A DNA stretch of 64,000 nt from Octopus sinensis (GCF_006345805.1 NW_021836301.1:7186-71185); one strand, 5' to 3'. Counted from the stretch's first letter, positions 12,149 to 24,664 are shown. Numbers and translations: made by a program. The notes: generated from the letters alone by a model not told the origin.

Positions 12149-12334
12149 AATACTGCAAAATTTTTTAATTTCGACATTTTTATGCAGAAAGAAATAAGTT
12201 ACACATAAAGACGAAAAAAAAAAAAAAAAGAAGCAACGAAGAATGAAAGAAAGGAAAACAAAGTAAGAAAAAGAAAATGAAACAACATAAAAAAACACTG
12301 AAACATAAAAAAAAAAAAAAAAGGAAACAACGGG

Positions 12335-12380
12335 AAACAACATGGCTGACGTGTTTTCAAACAATAAAATGGCGTAAAAT
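12335..12380. promoter_or_regulatory. Possible regulatory cluster (two YY1-like motifs and a CRE half-site)
   Basis: AACATGGC 12339-12346, TGACGT 12347-12352 and AAAATGGCG 12366-12374, inside a SINE-poor interval. Motif match only. Confidence 0.2.
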
Positions 12381-12736
12381 GAAATTGCGTATTAAATGTA
12401 TGAAATAAAATTGAAATATTTCAAGGAAAAAAAAAAAAAACTTGCACCGAACGTATTTTTGGTCCTAGGTAGTTTAGATAGCTGATCGTTTACTCCCACT
12501 CGCCATGCAGTAATAAATAAATAAATAAATATGACCCAATCTCTCTTTCCGCAAAAAAAAATAGCAACAGAAACAATCTGGAAAAAAAGCAGCCTCAATA
12601 ACGACATCGAAAGTATTTATAACAAAGAGTTTCACACGTCGATAATGCAGATTAACAATATAGATAATAATAAAGAAGTATGAAAGGTACAATAGCAACA
12701 ACACCATAATTTATATGTAATAATGTTGATTCATAC

Positions 12737-12891
12737 CCGGGAGTGTCCAAACTCTACTAAGAGTACTGGAACACAGGCTACGTGGTGGGTGTCGGAATGA
12801 GGCGACTGACTAGGAGCGCGCTGATGATTTGACACGGCTGACTGAACATTGAATCTATTTTGGTGAGAGTACTTTTTGGTACCGGAGGCAA
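12737..12891 (-). other. Candidate spliced exon (155 nt), unverified
   Basis: Acceptor ttttttgcgtgcgcgtgtgcag| and donor CCCGG|gtatga. One frame is open (ASGTKKYSHQNRFNVQSAVSNHQRAPSQSPHSDTHHVACVPVLLVEFGHSR) but has no recognised homology. Confidence 0.2.
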
Positions 12892-13129
12892 CTGCACACG
12901 CGCACGCAAAAAATATACACATACGGATAGGGAGAAGGAGAGAGGGACAGAGGGAAAGAGAGAAACGTAGGAAACATTAAAAATTGTGTGATGTCAAATA
13001 AGTCAGCCTCGAATCAGTGACGCCAAATTGGCAGCGCTAAAACGACTGTGCCGAAACGTTTCATGCCCCTGTAGGGTGTTATGGGATTCGATCTGTTACA
13101 CCGTTTTCTTTCTATAAGTCTGAAAGAGT

Positions 13130-13241
13130 GACAGCAAATTCGTATTCGGTGGAATTAGAGCTCAGAACGTAAAGACGGACGAAATGCCGCTATGCATTTT
13201 GCCCGGCGTGCCAACACTTTAGCTAGCTCACCACTTTAATG

Positions 13242-13272
<31 letters not shown>

Positions 13273-13725
13273 TGATGATGATTTCAAATTTTCATACAAC
13301 GCCAGCAATTTTAGGGGAGAGCTAAGTCGATTACATCGACCCTAGTGTTCAGCTGGTACATGCTCTGTCGACCCCGAAAGGACGAAAGGCAAAGTCGACC
13401 TCGGCGGAATTTGAAACCCTGCGTTCAACTGGTACTTATTTTATCTACCGCAAAAGGATGAAAAGCAAAAGCCGGCCTCGGTGGAATTTGAAATTTGAAC
13501 ATAAATACAGAAGAAATGCCCTCAAGCATTGTGTTTAGCGTTCTAACGATTTTGCCAGCTCCAGGAGTTAATAACATCAGCCAGAACCAATAATATTATT
13601 TTCTATTCAAGACACCCCAGTACGCAACTGGTACTTAATTTATCGACCCCGAAAGGATGAAATGCAAAGTTGACCTCGGTGGAACTTGGACTCAGAACAT
13701 AAAGACAAAAGAACCAATAATATTA
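13130..13725 (-). mobile_element. Chain of about 4 family-B SINE copies/fragments
   Basis: Repeated AACTGGTACTT...TTATCGACCCCGAAAGGATGAAAGGCAAAGTCGACCTCGG...GAATTTGAA blocks. Confidence 0.85.
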
Positions 13726-13859
13726 CCAGCTCAGTATTGAACTCATCACTTTCCGATCGTGAGCTAAATACCTCTAACCACTAAGCCACGCGCCTTCACT
13801 TCAGCAACGATTATGATTCGCCTAACACCAACTGCTATCGCCATCAACAAAAAGACCGA

Positions 13860-14250
13860 CCATAAGAGGCCCCGATCATATAACAACAGCAATGCCAACA
13901 CCACCACTAACAACAACAACAACAACAACAACAACCAAAACCAACAACAACAACAACAAGACCATCACCACCTTCAAGAACAAACTTCATTATCATCATC
14001 ACCACCGCCGCCACCACTAAGAATCAATAACAATACCGTCAACAACAACAAAAGCAACAACGATAGTAACAAAAATAATAACACCGCCATCATCATCACC
14101 TCCAAGAACAAATTCTCCACCACCAACAGGAACCAATAGCAGCGAACAGCAACAAAAAGACCACCGCCGCCACCACCACAACAACAACAGAAACAAAATC
14201 CCGCCTTCACCACCACTGTCACCACCACCAACAACAACAACAAGAATCAC
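13860..14250. repeat. (CAA)n/(CAC)n low-complexity tract
   Basis: Source of the Asn/Gln/Pro-rich ORF 13813..14139. Confidence 0.85.
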
Positions 14251-14806
14251 AATAAATCCAGCGAACATGTCTGCTGCTAAGATATTACATGGAATAAATG
14301 AGTCAATTTTAATATAACAGTAACAAAGGTAATAAAACTATATTCTAACAATGTCTTCCTGTCTTTAACTTTCAAATTTTATTGAAGACACGTCTGTTTC
14401 TTCCAATAGGGCCTTCTTCACACTCTTCCCTAACACAGACATGGCGTTTGTGGCTCTGTGTATGTATATGTGCGCATGCGTGAGTGTGCGACCGTTTCTA
14501 AATTGACTCGTATGTGTATGTGTGTGTGTGTGTGTGTAAATGTGTCTACTAATATGTTATTACAATTGTGTACGTAAAGTGTATGCGTATACGATAGAGT
14601 TTGCGTATGTGGAGGGAAAGAGAGAAAGAGAAGGAAAGAGAGAGCGTATGCATGTGTCTATAAACGCCTGTAAGTTTACTGTTAGTGTATGGTTTGTCTA
14701 TGAGTGTATGATCGAGCGTGTGCGAGTACATCTTGAGAGAGAATTTGCACATAAGTGCGCATCTAGAAATATGAATGAATATATATTCCAGTTCTGGTGT
14801 GTGTGT

Positions 14807-14843
<37 letters not shown>

Positions 14844-14899
14844 CATACATACACATATATATATACACACACATACATATAAATAATCTAGCCACTGTT

Positions 14900-15039
14900 T
14901 ACTTAACTTGATAGACAAACTGACAGACAGATAAGACAAACAGATAGATAGATAGATAGATAGATAGAGATAAATAGATAGATAGATAGAGATAAATAGA
15001 TAGATAGATAGATAGATAGAGATAAATAGATAGGGATAA

Positions 15040-15090
<51 letters not shown>

Positions 15091-15095
15091 TAGAT
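14900..15095. repeat. (AGAT)n tetranucleotide microsatellite
   Basis: Long GATA/AGAT run with periodic AAAT interruptions. Confidence 0.95.
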
Positions 15096-15967
15096 AGCCC
15101 ACCTACAACACAATAACCACCACCAAAGTCAATTTTATTATCCAAATTTCTCCAGTAGACAGCACCAATAATTCCATCACATTTTCATTTGCATCTGCCA
15201 TTTGTCTTCGTCCTCCATATTCCTACAAAACTATTACTCACCACCACCACCACCACCGTATCTATCACCACGATGACTACTGCAATACCACCTACAAACA
15301 TCATCACCGCCATCACTACTACTACTACTACTATGACTAACCGCAACCACTTACCCAACATCACCTCCACCGCCGCTACTATAATTATTACTACTGATGT
15401 TGTTGCTAACACCCCCACCATCGCCGCCATTAGACCACTGTCGCCATCATTAAAACCGAGGTCGTTGTCGCCGAAGCTATCACCACCACCACCACCACCG
15501 CCGCCGACATCAACAACAACAACACTATTATTACAAAGTTCATAGAACGTCAGTTATTAACCAAAGTGAAAAGAAATAATAAGAACTGCGATTTGATTAA
15601 TTTGATTAATAAATGAATTCTGCCCCCGCTTCACTCCCCCCCACCCAACATTTAGTGCCATGAATTCCTAAACTCTTTTACTTATCACCATAAATTTCTA
15701 CGCTCCCTGATTTATCACCATAAACTTGTGTAGTAGGTGTGAACCCATGGGACACACTGGACACTTGCTTAGGGAGGGGGGGGGGGCACTTGGCTCTAAA
15801 AAAGCCCCATGCTAATGCTACTGTGGTTATGATTCTCTCTAGTTGTCACACTCCATTACTTTACCTGGGGAGCTTACGATGCTCTTAACCATTTTGCCTG
15901 TCCTGAGTACCACGTGTGATACGCAGGATATCTTTCTCCTGGCGTCCATGCGTCGTATATAACACAC

Positions 15968-16350
15968 GTGAAGACGCAATTGCCCAGTGGTTAGGGCAGA
16001 GGACTCACGGTCGTGGGATCATGGTTTCGATACCCACACCGAGCATTGTGAGTGTTTATTGAGCGAAAACATATAAAGCTCCACGAGGCTCCGGCAGGGG
16101 TTGGTGGCGAACCCTGATGTACTCTTGCCCCACAATTTTCTCTTACTCTTTCTTCCTGTTTCTGTTATACCTGTATTTCAGAAGGCCAGCCTTGTCACAC
16201 TCTGTGTCACGCTGAATCTACCCGAGAACTACGTTAAGAGTACACGTGTCTGTGGTCTGCTCAGCCACTTGCACGTTAATTTCACGAGCAGGCTGTTCCG
16301 TTGATCGGATCAACTGGAGCTCTCGTCGTCGTAACCGACGGAGTGCCACG
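15968..16350 (+). mobile_element. tRNA-derived SINE, head alpha + tail X
   Basis: A-box TGCCCAGTGGTTAGGG, B-box GGTTTCGATACCC, alpha body (TTTATTGAGCGAAAAC...CCTGTTTCT) and tail ending GTCGTAACCGACGGAGTG. Confidence 0.9.
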
Positions 16351-16484
16351 ATACAACTAAAAACACGTTCCTATTGTTTTTGCAACTACTAGAACAGTGG
16401 TCCCCCAACCTTTACACGGTAGTTCCGAACAATGGTTCCCAAACCTTTTATTTAAATGAGTTTTCTCATGGACCTCTTAATATG

Positions 16485-16540
<56 letters not shown>

Positions 16541-16542
<2 letters not shown>

Positions 16543-16736
16543 GGTCCCGGTTTGAGTCGGGGTTAACCACAGTAAATAAGGTACTCAATACATAGCAGAG
16601 TAAAGTAATTTATTTTATAGAAGGACATTCTACAGGACTAGAACTGTTTCATTCAGATGAAATCTTCGAAGCTTCCTGAAGATTTCATCTGAATGAAACA
16701 ATTCTAGTCCTGTAGAAGCTCCTTCTATAAAATAAA
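16541..16736. mobile_element. Family-E head-to-head inverted repeat (Penelope-like terminus) between (TA)n tracts
   Basis: 59-bp arms at 16609-16667 and 16678-16736 with 3 mismatches and a 10-nt spacer; the minus copy continues to (TA)n at about 16540. Confidence 0.7.
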
Positions 16737-16764
16737 TATATATATATACATACACACACACACA

Positions 16765-16955
16765 CACCATGATTGACTGCTAACTCCAAAAGTTTTTTTA
16801 AATTCTCTCTCTGTTTATTGCCTCGTGTTCCTTCTGTTGAAGAGCGTAGGCGCAAAACGTATAAGATTTTCTCACTTTCCTGGGCGTCAAACCAATACAC
16901 CTGCTTGTTGTTTATAAACCTGTCTTCGTCTTTTGTTTTTCTGTAAATTTCAACA
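16765..16955 (+). mobile_element. Family-D repeat with a decayed hammerhead-like motif
   Basis: CTGTTGAAGAGCGTAGGCGCAAAACGTA (stem II and GAAA mutated) and the downstream CCTGTCTTCGTCTTTTGTTTT shared with 8703-8882. Confidence 0.7.
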
Positions 16956-17106
16956 ATATAATATATAGGAAAAAATACAGGAAAAAATGTCAATCTATTC
17001 TATCTACATGTGATAAGTGTATATTAATATATTAATCTGTGTGCATTGTGACAGTTACGTATTGATCGGTGTACAAGTGATGTGTACATTAAATTACTTA
17101 TACATG

Positions 17107-17153
<47 letters not shown>

Positions 17154-17389
17154 TCTATATCTACATTGTGATGAAAGGAAGTCTTTACATTACTCAGAAC
17201 GTATGAAACGAGGACTAATTAAAAGCCCGAAGCATGGACTTTAGGACAAACGATTTCGTCAAGTAGAAGATTAAGGCGATAGATATGACTTGAGGGAAGT
17301 TTGGTTTTTATTTCTAGCGACTGCTTTAATGCTTCGTTGTTGGCTTGCTGTTGTTATTGTGGTTGTTGTTATTGTAGTTGTTGTTGTTG

Positions 17390-17750
17390 TTTACTCTCGG
17401 GTAGATTCTGACTGAACAGACTTATGATCAAAAGTATTTTAATCGTGACCATCCGATCATTTTAATAATATATAAGATTACATTTTCCAATGTGTCCACC
17501 TTTTTTTTTTATTGAAGACAATATAGTGTGAGTTATGGTCATTTGGCTGCTATTTCTAACGAGCTGAATGACCATGTAGAAGCAAGCTCCTTCCGGTCAG
17601 CTCTGATTAAAGGCTGCCAACCGTGACTTTCCCGTAGGGAATCTAGTACAACATTATCCAACATATTCTTTTTAAGGTGTTAGGATGCGATTGAGGGATA
17701 TTTTCATATATTTCTAGCAGATTGAGCGACCACACAGAGGTACCTAAGTG
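17390..17750 (+). repeat. Old dispersed repeat family G (two degenerate copies)
   Basis: The motif GAGGG(A)AATTTGGCTGCTATTTCTAGCAG..GAGCGACCAC recurs here and near 3190, 6770, 17290, 19225, 28400, 29090, 45580, 48470 and 53290. Confidence 0.6.
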
Positions 17751-17977
17751 TGGTGATGATACAAATTGTCATTGTTTATTCTAAGGTCGGACGTAACGAT
17801 AACCAAATCTATTCCATCCATGACTAACCCATCTTAATTCAAACACACTGAATCTAGGCCTACACGGGTAACACGAAAGCTCTAGCTTTGCTGTCAACAG
17901 ACACTGGACAGACATTATTGGTCAGAAGCGTTCATTATATAGCCGTCTTTTCTTACTTTTCAGATAAGCAAGCTTAC

Positions 17978-18038
17978 AGGAGATTGCAGGTTTTCAGACT
18001 GCCAGAAGGAATAGGAATACCCAAGACAGCTAAACAAC
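17978..18038 (-). other. Candidate spliced exon (61 nt), unverified
   Basis: A long (TTC)n/pyrimidine tract leads to cggtacag|, with donor CTCCT|gtaagc. The phase-1 frame reads (G)CLAVLGIPIPSGSLKTCNL. Confidence 0.3.
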
Positions 18039-18145
18039 CTGTACCGCCAGAGGAACGAAGAAAGAGAGGGAGGGGAAGAGGGAGAAGAAGAAGAAGAAGA
18101 AGAAGAAGAAGGAATGGAACGTGCCACGTTCAAACAAGATCTAAA

Positions 18146-18995
18146 TGAATGGTTCTCAACCGAGGTCCACATGGCCCTTGGCGCTACACATAAGATTCTG
18201 TCCTTAAAATTCATCAGCAATAAACCAGTTATACTTTTATACAATGCACAAAATATTTTAACCATCTTTTATACAATTCCTAATAATAACTAATTATAAC
18301 AGGGCGGCGAGCTTGTAGAATCGTCAGCACGCCGGGCGAAGTGCTTAGCGGTATTTCGTCTGCCGTTACGTTCGGAGTTCAAATTCCGCCGAGCTCGACT
18401 TTGCACCTTCCATCTTTTCGGGGTCGATTAAATAAGTATCAGTTACGCACTGGGGTCGATGTAATCGACTTAATACCTATGTCTGTCCTTGTTTGTCCTC
18501 TTTGTGTTTAGCTCCTTGTGGGTAATAAAGAAATAGGTATTTCGTCTGCCGTTAAGTTCGGAGTTCAGATTCCGCCGAGCTCGACTTTGCACCTTTCATC
18601 TTTTCGGGGTCGATTAAACAAGTACCAGTTACGCACGGGGTCGATGTAATCGACTTAATACCTATGTCTGTCCTTGTTTGTCCTCTCTGTGTTTATCCCC
18701 TTGTGGGTAATAAAGAAATAGGTATTTCGTCTGCCGTTACGTTCGGAGTTCAGATTCCGCCGAGCTCGACTTTGCACCTTTCATCTTTTCGGGGTCGATT
18801 AAATAAGTATCAGTTACGCACTAGGGTCGATATAATCGACTTAATCCGTTTGTCTGTCCTTGTTTGTCCTCTCTGTGTTTAGCCCCTTGTGGGCAATAAA
18901 GAAATAAAATAACTAATTATAAAGGTTTTTTTTTAAAACATCGAATGACTAGGAGTAAAAATGGAATCAAAAGGGTACTTTTCCAACAAATGATC
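18146..18995. mobile_element. hAT-type MITE interrupted by the family-B SINE trimer
   Basis: The TGGTTCTCAACC terminus and internal ACATAAGATTCTG match the reverse complement of 54068-54328; homology resumes after 18923. Confidence 0.6.
18300..18907 (+). mobile_element. Family-B SINE trimer flanked by a single 15-bp TSD
   Basis: Units restart at GTATTTCGTC 18351, 18537 and 18722. The TSD AATAACTAATTATAA lies at 18285-18299 and 18908-18922. Confidence 0.9.
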
Positions 18996-19793
18996 AAAAG
19001 AGACTTAGCAGCACCTTCGCTCAAAACGTATGGGATGAACTAAGATACAGCGATCGGATCTCTGGACTATATATCCAATGTGTCTTATTTTGCGTATGTG
19101 TGTTGGGGTGAAAGTCTTAATAATGGTTCCATAATGTGCCTAAGAGAACTCTAAAACGTTATTCTGGAAAAGATGGGATGGTCACCGTTGGAATACCTCT
19201 GTCGGATCAGGGCTCACTTAGAAATTTGGGTGCTGTTTCTAGCAGGTGGAGCGACTATACGGGGGCATACATGCTGGCTTTCTATGCAACATGGTTGTGC
19301 AGTCTGTTACGCCGAGTTCCAAGCTGACATAACGCACGCACACGCACGCACAAACAAATTGCACGCGCACACATACAAATACACACTCACTCACTCACAC
19401 ACATACACACGTACGCACACACACACAATGATACAACATTTGTGTTCACACTATGCAGCAGATTAATTCAATATTTATTCATCAATCACATCGATCAAAA
19501 TTAGTCGATCGATTGATCGATCAGTCATTCTGATCGATTATGCTCAAAGAAATTACATAATCGTAGTGCTGAAAGTGTGATAAAACGCTACTCAATCCCT
19601 TTCTTAGCGAGATGTATCCATTAATGGGAGATTATATAAGGTGGAGATTGACATAATTTCTGAATATCTTTTACTTATACACACACACACACACACACGT
19701 ATATATTATATGCATATATGATATATATATATATATATGTGTATATATATATATATATAAATATGTAAGCATAATTACACATACATACGTATG

Positions 19794-19828
<35 letters not shown>

Positions 19829-20061
19829 ATATGTATATCTATCTATCTATCTATATATATATATATATGTAGATATATATATATATATGCATATATACAT
19901 ACATACACACACAGCTTCGTACACAAATACACATATAAATATACATGCACGCACAGGTATGTAATTGATATAAACACGTGTAATACATATAAACACACAC
20001 ACACAAATACAGATATATATACATATACATTATAGATACACCCACACCTAAGCTTATACAT

Positions 20062-20130
<69 letters not shown>

Positions 20131-20476
20131 TATACACACACAGTGAGAGAGAGAGAGGCTGGGAGAAAGTGGTAATTTATTTTTATCAGAAATGATTTTG
20201 ATAGCAGTTACGGTGTTATGGCGGCGGTGTTGCTCATAACATTGATAACAGGGTTGTTAGTGGTAGTGCTGTTGTTGTTGGTGGTGGTGGCCGTGGTAGA
20301 GGGGCTATTAGCGATAATAGAGGTGTTCCTTGTGTTTGATCTTTAGGGAGAGAGAGAGGGAGAGAGAGAGATTATTATTATTTTTATTAGTTTTATTTGT
20401 TTTTCATTAATCTAAATCCTATTGGATTGGGAAACTTCAAAGGTGAGCGAAAAAATACCTCTCATTTGGAAGAAAG

Positions 20477-20511
<35 letters not shown>

Positions 20512-20740
20512 AAATGTTATTTATTGGCCACATGAGCAACGTATGCGTGTGCATTAACAGTTGCAGGTTACTAAGGTTGCGTATAAGATTATATGAATGA
20601 ACATATAAAAAGGCATACGAGGAATTCATACATACATATATATAAACACACACAGAGTTACACATATATATTCTGAAGTCCAAAGACAATAAGCATCACT
20701 TAGGGCCATCCAGTCAAGGAATCTTATAGATCAGAGTTAC

Positions 20741-20851
20741 CTTGACTGCCACAACGCGAGTGCCCTTCCTCAGCTATCATTTCCCGGATCAGAAGGCCCG
20801 TGGTGTGTGTAGTTGGTTGTTCATTCGGGTTAAGCTCGTTAATTTTCAAAC
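20741..20851 (-). other. Candidate coding exon (111 nt, symmetric phase 1-1), unverified
   Basis: Acceptor ttgttgaattag| and donor CAAG|gtaact. The open frame (G)LKINELNPNEQPTTHTTGLLIREMIAEEGHSRCGSQ(G) has protein-like composition, lies in a SINE-free island, and is phase-compatible with 17978-18038. Confidence 0.35.
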
Positions 20852-21510
20852 CTAATTCAACAAATTTACTGAAGGACATTCTCTTTTGAACTTCGTCCTT
20901 CCTTCCCACGTTTGAACTTTTTTTTTAATGTTACAGAGAGATTGACCAATGACGAAATGTGTCCTCCTCAGTAGCTTCGGTCATTTCTACAACACATCTT
21001 CCTTTGCCGTAGCCACATGAAGCAAAAAAAAAAAAAAAAACTACCTGAAGCTAGTGCTCATATCTGATTCTCTTCCTTATATTATTTACGATTAATTTTT
21101 CTTAAATGTATGTTTCTTAAGTAAAACTTGAAGCTTACCAATAATAGTTCCTTCTATACGAAGGCAATTTGTTTTTAAAAAAAACCATTTTAATAATGCA
21201 AGTTTAATAATCTTTGTTCGATTTCGGTTCCATTCTCATGGAAATAGCTGCACGTGCATGAGTGCATGCCATAGATTAGCATTTAACCAGAACCGGATTC
21301 GGTATTTTTTAATACACAAATGGCGTGTATGTATGCGCGATTGCATACACACCTAAATAATAATTGCTTCGTATAAAGAAAGGGTCTTAAATGATTTCAT
21401 AAAATAATTACGAAACCTATGTTTTATAAACGAAATATGAAGTTGTGACATTTATGCAGAGATGTACGTATAGAGAGATAGATAAGAGAATGTACGTATG
21501 TGTATGTATG

Positions 21511-21548
<38 letters not shown>

Positions 21549-22409
21549 TATCAAGGCATTCATAGACACACAAACGCACACATATGTCTATATACACAGA
21601 CACACATTACATGCACATATACATACTAGCACGCAAATATATACATATATGAAGAAGAGCCAATCACCTACACATTACCAAACGAATTGTAGCTACGAAA
21701 GTATCGATCGCTATTTATTACAAGGTCTCAGTACGCGGATGCATAGACGTATACATATACATGTATGCATTATATACACACACACACATTATGATATACA
21801 CGTGACCTAGTAAATTGATAAATGTCCAGCAATTTCAAATTTACATCCGCTGTATGATTCAAAATATGTGTAATATAAATTGTCTGAAGATCGTCACTCA
21901 ATCGTGAAACCCTTGTCCAGTCATAACTGTCAGGTTCTAAAATTGTATGTCACGCATTCGTACGTACATGTACTCACACACGCTTACCTTTATATACATA
22001 GCGAATTTCTTATACTCTCCTCAACTATCTATCTATCTATCTATCTATGTATCTACCTATCTAGCTAGATAGCTAGCTCTCTATCGTGTATCCTTTAAGG
22101 AAACTGGCAATTGAAATTGAGATATAAATTTATCCCTTCTGACAAAAGGCAGCGAATATTGAAGAAAGAAAAAAGCAAAAAAGGTTTTTGCCTTCAAGCA
22201 TAATTCTATCAATTCACGAAAACTAAGGACGCAAGTGAGAGTAGGTGGCATTTATGCCTTTCAGAAGGAACTTATTAAACTACCACGGGAAAGAAATACC
22301 GATTCAATAACGTTTCAATGCTGTTTTTCAATCGACATCAATCTATGCAGTTATAATCGACCAGACCAAGACAACCTACTACTACTACTACTACTAGCAA
22401 TAGTTAAAA

Positions 22410-22571
22410 CAACTGTTTCTAATTTAGGTACAAAGCCAGCAATTTCGAGAGGGGTGGGCATAGTGGATACAATCGAACGGTACTTCATTTGCACTTTGTT
22501 TTATTTACCTTGGAACGATGAGAGGGAAATCTGTCTTCGGGGAGATGGCATTTGGTCCGACACTGCCATAG

Positions 22572-22603
<32 letters not shown>

Positions 22604-23460
22604 TCTTTTTACTGGAAGCACAAGGCTTCAAATTTGGGGGAAGGGATTACGTCGATTACATCGATTCAGTGCGTAACTGGTACTTATTTAATCGAACCCG
22701 AAAGGAAGAAAGGCAAAGTCGGCCTCGGCGGAATTTGAACTCAGAACATTAGCGGCAGGCGAAATACCGCTAAGCATTTCATCAAGCATGCTAACGGTTC
22801 TTTTCTACTCTATAGCACAAGGCCCTAGTCCAGTCGATGCATACTGGTGTCGATGAAATCAATTTTCCCCTTCCCTCCAGGTTTCAGGCCTTTAGTAGAA
22901 AGGATTATCATTATTACTATTATCAGTAATATTTCTGATTTATGTACAAATCCAGCGGATTACAGGGGATGTAGCAAGTCGATAGCATCGACCTAGTACT
23001 CGAGTGGTACTTCATTTTATCTACCATAAAATGGAAGGAAGAATTCGAGCTCAGAACATGAAGTACCAGAAAATCGTTTTCAGTTTAGGCATAAGGCCAA
23101 CAATTCTAATGTTAGTCGATGCCATCAACTTCAGTTCTTGACATTTACTTTATTTTTATCGACTCCCAAAGGATGGAAGTAATAATGATGACCTCACCGG
23201 GATTTGAACTCAGAATGTAAAGAGCCTGAACAAATGCCACAAATCATTTACTTCGATGCTCTAACGATTCTGTCACCTTATAATAATCTTTTCTACTTAT
23301 ATATATATATATATATCTTACTATATATACATATATATATGAAAACCGAGGTACTGTACTTTATTTCATCGCCCTCGAAATGATGAAAAGCCAAGTCGCC
23401 ATGATCAAAATTTGAGCTCAGAAGGTAGAGACGGAAGAAATACTGCTATGCATTCTGAGA
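22410..23460. mobile_element. Cluster of 6 or more family-B SINE copies/fragments (mostly minus)
   Basis: Repeated AAGGCCAGCAATT tails, TTTATCGAC...GAAAGG and GAATTTGAACTCAGAA; a plus-strand tail lies at about 22805-22920. Confidence 0.8.
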
Positions 23461-24060
23461 AGAAAATCTGAAATTACGCTTATTTTGTGAAATAAATATT
23501 AAATTTTTGCTCATTTCTATCGTTTTGGATTTAACAGTCCCTATTGTATACTTCTTAATTACTGTGTTGTTGCTAATGGAATACACTAACGCAGAAGACT
23601 GTATTTAGTTCTGGTATCTGTTCGTCATTACTGCCGAAATAAACGAAATAACATAGTCATGTGTTGCTATTTTTATTGTTATTTGAACTTAAAATAATAA
23701 TGTTTAAAAACAGTATTTTAAATTTCGTCTTTGTCGGTTGTTTGATTATGGTACAAGTGTAAAACTCATATTACTTAGCAAAACAGATTGGGGGTAAATT
23801 TACTTTCAAAAAGTTACCAGGGGGTAAATGAAACAAAAACGATTAGAAACCCCTTCGGTTATACAGATGGTTAACTATGAAACGGAGAAAAAATTAGCAT
23901 AGAGCATCACCGAAATAAGCAACACGATAATCATTATTTTACAGATATATTCTTACGGAACAATGGGAAATAAGTGTAACTTTAAGTGTCAAGTTTTAAG
24001 TTAGCAACTAGCCAAATGGGCGGAAGTTAATTCCTAGGTCAGTCTATCTGTAAAACTGGG

Positions 24061-24360
24061 CTTCCGTCGGTTACGACGACAAATGTTGCAGTTGTTCCGA
24101 TCAACGGAACAGCCAGCTCGTAAAATTAAAGTGGTTGATCACTCTACAGACATGTGGACCTTTAAACGTAGTCCTAAAGGAGATTCAGCGTGACACAGAA
24201 TCTGACAAGGCTGGCCCTTCGAATTAGGAGTACAATTCAGTTTTGCTAGCTGAGCAGACTGAAGCAACGTGAAATAAAGTGTCCTGCGCTGCCAGGAGTG
24301 GAACTCGTAACCTTACGATCGCGTGCCGAAAACGCAGACCACTAATTCACGCGCTTTCGC
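24061..24360 (-). mobile_element. tRNA-derived SINE, head beta + tail X
   Basis: The beta core (reverse complement of ACACTTTATTTCACGTTGC..CAGTC..CTCAGC) is joined to the same tail as 15968-16350 (CCGTCGGTTACGACGAC on plus). Confidence 0.8.
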
Positions 24361-24664
24361 AATCTGTATATATTCTTCTTCAAACGGAACGAGCAAAATA
24401 AGTAACGTGGGAACATCCCTGATATTGATGGACAAATGGACAATGGTTGAAGGAACATTCCGTACAAGTATAGCTAACCGTTACTCACGAATGACTATGG
24501 TTTTGTAATATGTACCGATCTTTCTCTAATTGTTTCAGATGCCTGTGAAGTCGCGAACAGAGACACTCTCGTTGCCATTGGAACATAGACTGTAAAAAGT
24601 CGAAAGAAACGCCGTTAAGCAATTTGCCAGACGCGCTAGCCATTCTGCCAGCACGAATAATAAT

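Noticed and set aside
13015-13066. Hammerhead-like GGCA...TGCC-GAAAC-GTT
   Set aside because: There is no CUGANGA-like core upstream of stem II.
15968-16040. tRNA genes at SINE heads (also 42557, 43494, 48796)
   Set aside because: A/B boxes are present but there is no complete cloverleaf or terminator, and each continues into a SINE body.
17888-18148. Plus-strand Arg-rich exon (strong acceptor at 17963; DKQAYRRLQVFRLPEGIG...RRRRR)
   Set aside because: The poly-Arg comes from a (GAA)n microsatellite, there is no good donor, and the opposite-strand exon reading fits better. Not fully excluded.
22235-22738. 167-aa ORF
   Set aside because: It is a chance read-through of unique sequence, (CTA)n, two SINE fragments and (AAT)n.
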